Positions 53,071 to 61,261 are shown, counted from the first letter of the stretch. The stretch: DNA of 64,000 nt from SAR116 cluster bacterium AG-426-A06 (GCA_003210115.1 QCNM01000001.1:13510-77509); one strand, 5' to 3'. The notes: a model not told the origin generated them from the letters alone. A program made the numbers and translations.

Positions 53071-53573
53071 ATGAAAAAAAAATAATTCAATCAAAATTAA
53101 CTAAAAACAACAATCTATCTAAAACCAAAGAAACGGAAAAAGTTCTAGAAAAAATGGTTGCTGCTTTAAATAATCATAGAATAGAAGATATTGGAGAATT
53201 TTTTTCATTTACATTTAATTGGTTTGGAAATTATGGTTGCGGAACTAAAAAAGGATTAAAAGAATTTCAAAATAATTGGCAAGTACCTTTTCAAAAAGCT
53301 TTCTCTAATAAAATATGTATAGATGAAGCTAGAATAGTTGTTGGAGAATGAGGTGCTTCTTTTGGTAGACAAGAAGCATTTCATACCGGTCAATTCATGG
53401 GTATAAAGCCTACAAATAAAAAAGTTGAAATTAGATATATGGATTTTTGGAATGTGAAAAACAAAAAAATAGTTAATAATTGGGTTATGGTTGATTTTCC
53501 TGGAGTTTTAAAACAATTAGGCTTTGATATATTTAACGGCGAGGGTTGGGAGAAATTTGATAAAAAAAAATAA
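53071..53573 (+). pseudogene. SnoaL-like (ester-cyclase type) gene interrupted by an in-frame TGA (53349-53351) and an A9 frame offset at its 5' end; either a pseudogene or a recoded gene
   Basis: Track ORF 53154..53351 (MVAALNNHRIEDIGEFF...IVVGE*) continues in the same frame after the TGA. It then reads GASFGRQEAFHTGQFMGIKPTNKKVEIRYMDFWNVKNKKIVNNWVMVDFPGVLKQLG...*, ending at 53573. Together the two parts make one complete SnoaL-like domain. Confidence 0.55.
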
Positions 53574-54522
53574 ATTACAAATTGGAAAAGATTTAGAAGT
53601 TGAAAAATTTATTTATGGAATAACTGAAGAAATTTGGGAAAATAAAAAGATTAATTCTATTTATGATTACTATAAAAAAGATGTTATTGTTAGATCCCCT
53701 AGGAGCACAACGTACAAATGTAACGACGTAATCAATTCTACAAAAGATACTTTAAATCTATTTCCTAACAGGCAATTAATTGGAGAAGATGTCATTTGGT
53801 CTGGAGATAATAAAAACGGCATTTTAAGCTCTCATAGAATTTTATCTACAGCAACACATGAAGGCAATGGTTTTTATGGAAAATCAACAGGAAAAAATAT
53901 TATTTATAGAGTTATTGCTGATTGTTTTATTATAGATAACGAGGTTGTTGAAGAATGGATAGTTAGAGATGAAAGTGCTATTTTAAATCAACTAGGATTT
54001 ACAGCAAAAAAATTTGTAGAAATGAAAATTAAAGAAAAGATATTTGATAAAAATAGTCTGAATTCTATATCAAATGCTTTTGATTATAAGTATCTTATTA
54101 AAAATAATTCTAATGAATTTACTAAAACATATCTCTCAAATTTTAAAAAATTAATTGATAAAGATTTCAATTTAATAAAAAAAAACTATGAGAGATCTGC
54201 TCAAACTTTCTGGCCAGGAAACAAAATAAATTATTCATATGAACAAATAAAAAAAATATGGTCAGAATTTTTGAATTGTTTTGAAAAGTTAGAATTGATC
54301 ATACATTTTTTTTCTGGAATAACAGAACCTTTGTTATCGCCTCGAGTTGCCATAAGGTGGACAATTAAAGGAAAACATTTGAACAAAGGATATTACGGAT
54401 CTCCATCGCAAAAAAATATTGAAATTGCTGGCATATCTCATGTTGAATTTGGAAAAACTGGAATAATAAGGGAATATGTTATTTTTGATGAAATATCTAT
54501 TTGGAAACAGATATTACTTTAA
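53557..54522 (+). CDS. Tandem SnoaL-like (two ester-cyclase-type domains) protein
   Basis: Two halves each end in a ...EEWIVRDE..ILNQLG / ...IREYVIFDEISIWKQI pattern. Candidate TTG starts lie at 53524 or 53557; the latter is 5 nt after GGGAGA. Confidence 0.65.
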   Translation: MIKKNKLQIGKDLEVEKFIYGITEEIWENKKINSIYDYYKKDVIVRSPRSTTYKCNDVINSTKDTLNLFPNRQLIGEDVIWSGDNKNGILSSHRILSTATHEGNGFYGKSTGKNIIYRVIADCFIIDNEVVEEWIVRDESAILNQLGFTAKKFVEMKIKEKIFDKNSLNSISNAFDYKYLIKNNSNEFTKTYLSNFKKLIDKDFNLIKKNYERSAQTFWPGNKINYSYEQIKKIWSEFLNCFEKLELIIHFFSGITEPLLSPRVAIRWTIKGKHLNKGYYGSPSQKNIEIAGISHVEFGKTGIIREYVIFDEISIWKQILL

Positions 54523-54536
54523 TTATACTGTTAACA

Positions 54537-55508
54537 ATGAAAAACTTTAAAATTAAAGATAGACTGGTAAGATTTGGCGAATTAGTACCTTGCAAAACTG
54601 CTTTTATTGATGCTCATACACCTGGATCTAATTTAAAAGAAAATTTTACAATTATTGGTGCAGGAGTTTCTGAAAATCCTGACCAACACGTTCATATTAA
54701 TATACCTCATGGTTTTAATATTGGAGCTGCTGGCCAACCTCCTAAATGTAATAATTCACTTCACAGTCACAAGACAGCTGAAGTATTCTTTGTTTTATTT
54801 GGCAAATGGAGATTTTTTTGGGGAATTAATGGTGATGCTGGTGAAGTTATTCTTGAAAAAGGAGATATATTTAATATTCCTACAGGTATTTTTAGAGGTT
54901 TTGAGAATATAGGCGAAACATATGGCATGCTAATGGCTGTATTAGGTGGGGATGATGCTGGTGGGGGAGTGATTTGGGCACCACATGTTTTAAATGACGC
55001 GAAACAACATGGTCTAATTTTATCTGAAAAAGGTAAAATTTATGATACTAAAATAGGTCAAAATTTGCCTCATTACGAAAAAGAAATGCCCACTTTATCG
55101 AAAAAAGAATTGTCACAATTTCCTGAAATAGATGCTAGTGAAATCACCCCATTTTATGTGGCAAGATATTTCGATTTATATTCCTTATCAAAACGAAACT
55201 TTGTTTCAGTTATTGGAGAGAATGGTGTTATTTATGATAAACCAGGTTTTGAAGTAAATTTCATATCTGAGAAATGTACAAATAAAATTAAAAATTTTTC
55301 TGATAGAGATACTGTATTAATGCCTGTTGAAGGTTGTTGGAACATAGAGGCAGATATGTTTAATTTAACTTTAAATCCTGGTGATACATTTTCAGTTCCA
55401 AAAAATACACAATTCAATCTTAAAACAACCAAACCATATATGTCTTCAATGTATCAAGTAATTCCTACAGATGATCCTGCAGGAGCAACTCATATAAGAA
55501 CTGCTTAA
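54537..55508 (+). CDS. Cupin-domain protein (metal-binding HxHxxxE motif)
   Basis: SLHSHKTAEVFFVLFG (HxHxxxE) and GDIFNIPTGIFRGFEN. ATG 54537 is preferred over the track start at 54501. Confidence 0.7.
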   Translation: MKNFKIKDRLVRFGELVPCKTAFIDAHTPGSNLKENFTIIGAGVSENPDQHVHINIPHGFNIGAAGQPPKCNNSLHSHKTAEVFFVLFGKWRFFWGINGDAGEVILEKGDIFNIPTGIFRGFENIGETYGMLMAVLGGDDAGGGVIWAPHVLNDAKQHGLILSEKGKIYDTKIGQNLPHYEKEMPTLSKKELSQFPEIDASEITPFYVARYFDLYSLSKRNFVSVIGENGVIYDKPGFEVNFISEKCTNKIKNFSDRDTVLMPVEGCWNIEADMFNLTLNPGDTFSVPKNTQFNLKTTKPYMSSMYQVIPTDDPAGATHIRTA

Positions 55509-56626
55509 TGACAATTTTAACAACTCACGTTGGATCATTGCCTAGAAGCAAAAAATTATCCGACCTTCTTTTTAAAAAAGAAAATAATAAAATTTATGAT
55601 GAGGACACATTTAATAAAGTTGTAAAAGACTCAGTTTTTGACATTGTAAAAAAACAAAAAGAAGTTGGTATTGATATTATATCTGATGGAGAGATGTCAA
55701 AAATTTCTTATGCAACCTATGTGAAAGATAGATATAATGGATTTGCAGGTGATAGTCCTAGAAATGCACCATCAGATCTCAAAAGATTTCCTAGCTATTT
55801 AAAGAAATTAGCCGAAAGTGGCGGAACACCAACTTATTCAAGACCTTGTTGTGTTTCTAAAATTTCTTCTAAAGGTGACAGTGAACTTATTGCTGATATT
55901 AAAAATTTGAAAAACGCTATGAAAAAAAATAATTTGTCTAAAGGATTTATGAATTCAGCTTCACCAGGTGTCATATCATTATTTCTTGCTAATTCCTTTT
56001 ACAAAACAAGAACTGAATATCTTGTAGCTATATCTGAAGCTATGGAAAAAGAATTTAATCTTATTGCAAATTCAGGATTATACTTACAATTAGATTGTCC
56101 AGACTTAGCTTTGTCTAGACATATGATTTTCTCAGAATTGAGTGACAGAAAATTTATAAAAATTGCAAATGAAAATATGGAAATTTTAAATCATAGTCTT
56201 CGTAAAATTGATCCAAGTATGTTACGAATGCATGTGTGTTGGGGAAATTATGAAGGTCCCCATATTGATGATATTTCAATCAGTGAAATTTTTGAAGTTA
56301 TAATGTCTTTTAGAGGTAATTATATTTTATTTGAATCTTCTAATCCAAGACATGCTCATGAATGGAAAATATTTAATGACTTAAAAAGTAAGATACCTGA
56401 AACAAAAATTTTAATACCAGGCGTAGTAGATTCTACAAGTAACTTTGTTGAGCATCCAGAGTTAATTTGCCAAAGACTAGAAAAATTTGTCAATATTGTT
56501 GGCAAAGAAAGAGTTTTAGCTGGATCAGACTGTGGTTTTGGTACTTTTGCAGGTTATGGTAATGTTGACGAAGACATTGTATTTGAAAAATTAAAGTCAA
56601 TGGTAAAAGCTGTAAAAAGTTTTTAA
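55508..56626 (+). CDS. Cobalamin-independent methionine-synthase-like (MetE C-terminal / UROD-fold) Zn methyltransferase
   Basis: 372 aa. TTHVGSLPR, MHVCWGNYEG (HxC) and GSDCGFG zinc-ligand blocks. The ATG overlaps the cupin stop (TAATG). Confidence 0.8.
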   Translation: MTILTTHVGSLPRSKKLSDLLFKKENNKIYDEDTFNKVVKDSVFDIVKKQKEVGIDIISDGEMSKISYATYVKDRYNGFAGDSPRNAPSDLKRFPSYLKKLAESGGTPTYSRPCCVSKISSKGDSELIADIKNLKNAMKKNNLSKGFMNSASPGVISLFLANSFYKTRTEYLVAISEAMEKEFNLIANSGLYLQLDCPDLALSRHMIFSELSDRKFIKIANENMEILNHSLRKIDPSMLRMHVCWGNYEGPHIDDISISEIFEVIMSFRGNYILFESSNPRHAHEWKIFNDLKSKIPETKILIPGVVDSTSNFVEHPELICQRLEKFVNIVGKERVLAGSDCGFGTFAGYGNVDEDIVFEKLKSMVKAVKSF

Positions 56627-56628
56627 AG

Positions 56629-57366
56629 TCAGCTTAATCTTTTTTTAAAATTTAAGTTAATCCATATTACAAACATTATGAAATATGCGTTTAAAACATA
56701 CCAAATAATTTCAAAAATTGATTTAAATTCATCTAAAAAATTTATGTTTAATGAATTTAAAAGTAAAATAAGTGATATAAATATTAAACCATTAGCAATT
56801 ATAGAGTTTTTTCTTTTATGATATTTATACCTCATAGGATGAATTACTTTAATAGGAATTACCTTTAATACTATTAAAATTACAAGTATAAATAAATTAT
56901 TCCAAACGTTTAAATCTAAAATCGATAAATAAATAATAATAATATTCCAAATAGAAGGAAATCCTATATACAAATAACTTTCAGTCATTACCTTTAAATA
57001 AGAAAATGAAAATAAAGAAATACTTAATATCAGTATCGGCAAAATAATTACAAATTGTTCAGGCACATAATTGAATTTATAAATAATTATACAAGGTATG
57101 AACACGTAGTTTATATAATCGACTATGCTGTCTAGCATTACACCATCAATATTAGGACAAAACTTTTTTACATTATATTTTCTAGCTAAATTTCCATCAA
57201 TGACGTCTATAAACAATGCAATTATAAGAAATAAAAAAGTTAAAAGTTTATCTTCATTTAATATTGAAATTATTGAAAAAAAACTCATTAAAATACCAGT
57301 TCCAGTCAACAAATGTACTAAATATGCTTTAATTACATTAATATTTAGATTTGAGTGTTTTTTCAT
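56629..57366 (-). CDS. pcs: Phosphatidylcholine synthase (CDP-alcohol phosphatidyltransferase family)
   Basis: 245 aa. DVIDGNLARK...DSIVDY motif, plus GFPSIWNIIII and IKVIHPMRYK blocks that resemble rhizobial Pcs. Confidence 0.8.
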   Translation of the reverse strand: MKKHSNLNINVIKAYLVHLLTGTGILMSFFSIISILNEDKLLTFLFLIIALFIDVIDGNLARKYNVKKFCPNIDGVMLDSIVDYINYVFIPCIIIYKFNYVPEQFVIILPILILSISLFSFSYLKVMTESYLYIGFPSIWNIIIIYLSILDLNVWNNLFILVILIVLKVIPIKVIHPMRYKYHKRKNSIIANGLIFISLILLLNSLNINFLDEFKSIFEIIWYVLNAYFIMFVIWINLNFKKRLS

Positions 57367-57430
57367 TATATTAATAATAAAATTAAATCATTTTGTTTAC
57401 AAATCAATTTGTTATCTAATAATAGTAGTT

Positions 57431-58483
57431 ATGAACAAAAAACTTGATGATTGTAAAAAAGAAATATTAAGTGATATTTCAAGAACAATATCCTTTAGGT
57501 TATGTTCTATAGGCGTTGATTTGGGCCTTTTTGAAGATTTATCAATAAATGGTCCCTCATCAAGCGAAGAAATAGCATCTAGAAAAAAATATAATGAAAG
57601 ATATGTCAGAGAATGGCTTTATGGAATTTCAAAGACTGGTTATATAGAATTTGATAGAAAAACCCGAAAAGCGTCAATTAACGATCAGTATAGTGAGTTA
57701 TTTAATAGTGAAGGTGGAAAGAACTCTTTTAAAGGTTTTTTCAAAGTAATTAATAATATGCTACTACCCTACGAAAACTTAATTAGTTCGTTTAAAAATG
57801 GTGGTGGTATAAAATTTGAGGAATATAATAGTGAATTTTGGAAAGGTTTAGACCTTACAGGTTGTTCTAGATATAGATCATTTCTTGTTCCGGAGTGGAT
57901 TGATCAAGTGCCAAACATAAAAGAAAAACTTGATAAAGGTGTAAAGTTTGCTGATTTCGGGTGTGGCACTGGTAGGTCAGCTGTTGAATTAGCTAAGAGG
58001 TTTAAAAATTCTAATTTCTTCGGTTTTGATAAATTTAAGCCAAATATTGAGGAAGCTAAAATCAATGCTGAAGCTGGCGATGTTACGACTAATACTTCAT
58101 TTCAGGTTTGGGATGTAGACAATGGAGGTCCTGATGATAAGTTTGATATTGCAGGAGCTTTTGATTTAATTCATGATTTACCTCATCCACAAGATGGTAT
58201 AAATGTTATCAAAAATTCTTTAAAACCAGGTGGTATCTTTTTACTAATGGATATTAAATGTACTGATGACCCGATTGACAATGATGATCCCATGGCTTTA
58301 TTCAAATTTGGTGCAAGCTTACATTTTTGTATGACAACTTCTTTAGCATATGAGGGTATAGGCCTAGGAACTGTAGGGTTACCCCTAAAAAAAGTTGAAG
58401 AGCTTTGCTTTAATGCTGGTTTCAAAAATGTTAAAGAAATAGATATTAATCACCCAATTAATTCTTTATTTCAAATTAGTTAA
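57431..58483 (+). CDS. Class I SAM-dependent methyltransferase with an N-terminal winged-helix-like domain
   Basis: ADFGCGTGRS motif I. The track ORF (57125..) begins antisense inside pcs; the ATG at 57431 (MNKKLDDCKK) is the plausible start. Confidence 0.8.
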   Translation: MNKKLDDCKKEILSDISRTISFRLCSIGVDLGLFEDLSINGPSSSEEIASRKKYNERYVREWLYGISKTGYIEFDRKTRKASINDQYSELFNSEGGKNSFKGFFKVINNMLLPYENLISSFKNGGGIKFEEYNSEFWKGLDLTGCSRYRSFLVPEWIDQVPNIKEKLDKGVKFADFGCGTGRSAVELAKRFKNSNFFGFDKFKPNIEEAKINAEAGDVTTNTSFQVWDVDNGGPDDKFDIAGAFDLIHDLPHPQDGINVIKNSLKPGGIFLLMDIKCTDDPIDNDDPMALFKFGASLHFCMTTSLAYEGIGLGTVGLPLKKVEELCFNAGFKNVKEIDINHPINSLFQIS

Positions 58484-58578
58484 TTTAAACAATTCAAATT
58501 TCACTCTGCAATCTAGTCTACAAATAATTATTCTTAAATTATTCATTTTGATCGTCTTGATAATAACTTTTGTAAAAT

Positions 58579-58881
58579 TTAATCTTTATTATTTGCTGAA
58601 ACTTTAACTACACCTTCGTAAGCAATTTCCTTAGGTGACAAAGAATTTGGAATACTATTAAATTGAGAAAGATAATTTCTTAACTTTTTCATGTGTTTTT
58701 CGTTTTCATATTCCCATATACTTGTAACTTGATTTTTTTGATCAACATTTTGTATCACTTTCATGTTAATTTTTAAATTAGAATTAGTTGATTCATTTGC
58801 TATCTTTTCTGACATTACAATGAACATATTTGCATGTTCAACACTTTGAAAAGTTCTTACGGTAAGTCTAATTATTGACAT
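58579..58881 (-). CDS. Small 100-aa protein, paralog family member P1 (possible ABM/Dabb-like alpha+beta fold)
   Basis: GAAGGTG lies 5 nt upstream of the ATG. It shares IIRLTVRTF.S.E....MFI ... SIWEYENEKHMKKL ... LSPK with the decayed copy at 59592-59890. Confidence 0.5.
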   Translation of the reverse strand: MSIIRLTVRTFQSVEHANMFIVMSEKIANESTNSNLKINMKVIQNVDQKNQVTSIWEYENEKHMKKLRNYLSQFNSIPNSLSPKEIAYEGVVKVSANNKD

Positions 58882-58897
58882 AAAAACACCTTCGCTA

Positions 58898-58968
58898 TTT
58901 CATCTTAATCATCTGATTTACTTAAATTTTATAGAATAATAATTATTCAGTCTACAATTTGATCTAAG
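58898..58968 (-). promoter_or_regulatory. Conserved intergenic element, copy A (palindrome AATCATCTGATT at 58907-58918)
   Basis: Near-identical to the copies at 61262-61332 and 62601-62668. It ends 14 nt upstream of the P1 start codon. Strand assignment is tentative. Confidence 0.55.
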
Positions 58969-59075
58969 ATTTTAGATAATTTAATTAAGTTTATTAAGAA
59001 AATCATATTGAATTTTTATTGATAATAATAAAATATGAATATGTACAATAATAAATAGTTGTATTGAATTTCAAG

Positions 59076-59378
59076 ATGTTTATAAGAATAGTTACTATAA
59101 AATGTCCAAATGAAAGAGCCAAAAAAGCTTTTAAGTTACTTAATAAAGAAGTTACAGAAGAGCAAATGAAAGTTGGTCTTTTAAAACAAACTACTGTTGA
59201 TGCATCTGAAACAAGTATTGTCTATGTAAAGTATTGGATATCAAAAAAACATTTTGATAAAGGTAGAAAAAATTGGCAAAAAACATCTAGAGAATTTAAT
59301 GATATGGGCGCGATTATTACAGCGGTAGGCGGAGAATCAGAAATTGTCATATCTGACGATTTTAAAAATAATTTTTAA
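59076..59378 (+). CDS. Small 100-aa protein, family member P2 (distant)
   Basis: MFIRIVTIKCPNERAKKAF...SIVYVKYWISKKHFDKG. It has the same length and beta-alpha-beta pattern as P1. The track starts at TTG 59064. Confidence 0.45.
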   Translation: MFIRIVTIKCPNERAKKAFKLLNKEVTEEQMKVGLLKQTTVDASETSIVYVKYWISKKHFDKGRKNWQKTSREFNDMGAIITAVGGESEIVISDDFKNNF

Positions 59379-59591
59379 TTTATGTTAACTTAACTTTATT
59401 TAAATTTTCCATTAGAAGATTTTTTTTAAATTTATAATTTAAATTCGCATTCGTCATCTAAATACTTTGTTGTCAGATGCATCTAAGCTTATTTCAATTT
59501 TTTTTAAAAATTGTTATCTTTAATAATCATAAAGTAATTATTAATTATAAAAGAGTATTTAATGTAATGGGAAGAATACGAAGCTAAAAAA

Positions 59592-59890
59592 AGATTCAGA
59601 AGAGTAATTACCAATACTTTTTTATCAGATGAAGATTGTGAAATGTTTATTATGGTTCTGAAACAACAGTAGCAAAACATATAACTAAATTACCCGATAG
59701 TGAATTAGAAATTACTAGATCGATAGAATCACCAAATATTATTTCTGTAATCTGGACTTTAAAAGATTATAAGCATTTTGATATTTTAGAAAAAATAGGT
59801 AATAAAATTATTAAACCATATAGAAAGAAACTATCGCCAAAATCAACTAGTATAAAAAAAGAATCTCTTTGTAGAATTTTAGGGAGATAA
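59592..59890 (+). pseudogene. Decayed paralog (P3) of the 58579-58881 gene: no start codon and one frameshift
   Basis: Frame a reads RFRRVITNTFLSDEDCEMFIM and stops at 59670. Frame b opens at 59642 and reads GSETTVAKHITKLPDSELEITRSIESPNIISVIWTLKDYKHFDILEKIGNKIIKPYRKKLSPKS...*, ending at 59890. Confidence 0.5.
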
Positions 59891-59922
59891 TGAAAAAAAT
59901 TTAGTTTTTCATTTAAGCTTTA

Positions 59923-60252
59923 TTAAACGGGTGCAGTAATTTTGATTTGAGCAGATGTTGCTTCAGATTCATAGTTATATACAAAAACACCTGCATATTG
60001 GTTTTCTTTAAATACAAAGGTTTTTTTTAAGTCTTCAATAAATTGATTTGACTCATTTTCAAACTTTTTTAATTTATCTATAGTGTTAAATTTAATAAAA
60101 ATTGAAAGGTCGCCTTCTTTACCTATCAATATATTAAGTGATTGAAAATTGAATTTAATTATCTGTTTTCCAAGATTGTCAGAACAAAATGATGCAGCAA
60201 CTTTAGCTTCAGTTATTGATGGAAATTTATATTGGAAAACTTTTGCGTACAT
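59923..60252 (-). CDS. Small 109-aa protein, family member P4 (distant), co-transcribed with the GAF protein
   Basis: MYAKVFQYKFPSITEAKVAASF...LSIFIKFNTIDKLKKFE. Only 10 nt separate it from the upstream gene's stop. Confidence 0.45.
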   Translation of the reverse strand: MYAKVFQYKFPSITEAKVAASFCSDNLGKQIIKFNFQSLNILIGKEGDLSIFIKFNTIDKLKKFENESNQFIEDLKKTFVFKENQYAGVFVYNYESEATSAQIKITAPV

Positions 60253-60262
60253 ATATTACCTA

Positions 60263-61084
60263 TTAAAGCTCGTCTAGCATTCCTTCTATAAGGTCATTAG
60301 CTTGTTTACCTTCAAGTGTGATATTATTCATTATTTTTGTATGTAGCCCCATTTTATCTTGAATTTTTTTTCCTTTATCCGTTAATTCTAACTTTGATTT
60401 TGCATTAATCCTACATAGATTATTTTCAATGAGTATTTCTTCAAAATCTTTTGATATCTCCATTCTGTTACATGCATAAATAAAATTTTTAAAAAAAATC
60501 ATGTCTTTTATACTTGTTTCTTGATTAAAAATATCTAAAGCATTTATTAATCTATCTGAAGTTAATTGTTTTTGGTCACTCATTAAATCTATTTGATGGG
60601 CGGCTTTTTTAATAAGCTTTTCAACTAAGTCAATTTTATCTTGTGATAATTCTTTTATTTTAGAAAATGTCATCATACAAACCATGCCAAGCGCATAGTT
60701 ATTTTTGTCAATGATAGGAAATCCTATATAACTTTTTACACCTTTCTCATTATTATGCGTTTTAGTAATTTCGTGTTTTGTAACATCAAAAGCAATTAAT
60801 GGTTTAGTGTCTAGTAAAACATGAGAACAGACGCTTCCGTCTTTAGGTCGCCGGGTATTTAAATTTTTAATTTTTTCTTCTTTAGACCAACTTTCAGCTA
60901 AGTAACATCGTTCTTTACTATCAAATAACTGAAACAAAACGGCTTCATAACCAGTAATATCTTTAGCTAACTCACAATAGATATTAAAAAGACTTGCTTG
61001 ATTAGAATCTATCAGACCAGTTCTTTCAACTGCTTCAGCTCTTCTTTCTTCATTATCTGGTAATTTTGCAGATATAAACTTCAT
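60263..61084 (-). CDS. GAF-domain protein with a helical, possibly winged-helix C-terminal region
   Basis: 273 aa. N-terminal PDNEERRAEAVERTGLIDSNQASLFNIYCELAKDITGYEAVLFQLFD...SVCSHVL...IGFPIIDKNNYALGMVCMM matches the common stand-alone GAF pattern. The C-terminus has NLCRINAKSKLELTDKGKKI (wing-like). Confidence 0.7.
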   Translation of the reverse strand: MKFISAKLPDNEERRAEAVERTGLIDSNQASLFNIYCELAKDITGYEAVLFQLFDSKERCYLAESWSKEEKIKNLNTRRPKDGSVCSHVLLDTKPLIAFDVTKHEITKTHNNEKGVKSYIGFPIIDKNNYALGMVCMMTFSKIKELSQDKIDLVEKLIKKAAHQIDLMSDQKQLTSDRLINALDIFNQETSIKDMIFFKNFIYACNRMEISKDFEEILIENNLCRINAKSKLELTDKGKKIQDKMGLHTKIMNNITLEGKQANDLIEGMLDEL

Positions 61085-61261
61085 AAAAAATAACTCTTCT
61101 AAAACTAATTAAATCGATCAAATTAAATATTCTAACTTTTATGTTATATATTCATATGATTATTAGAAAATAAATATACAACAAAAACAAGTTTATTAAT
61201 TAAGTACAAATATTTTGCTTTATTAAATTACAAATAAAATTGGTGAGATAAACTCATTTTT

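Noticed and set aside
54655-55432. ORFs 54655..54912 (+) and 55232..55432 (-)
   Set aside because: They are alternate-frame or antisense ORFs within the cupin gene.
57125-57430. 102-codon N-terminal extension of the methyltransferase ORF
   Set aside because: The extension runs antisense through pcs and has no methyltransferase-like sequence. The ATG at 57431 gives a normal N-terminus.
58183-58425. 80-aa minus-strand ORF
   Set aside because: It is antisense within the SAM methyltransferase gene.
58907-58918. Identification of the palindrome AATCATCTGATT as a Fur box or Irr ICE box
   Set aside because: It only partly resembles the Fur consensus (GATAATGATAATCATTATC) or the ICE motif (TTTAGAA-N3-TTCTAAA). 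The match is too weak to name a regulator.
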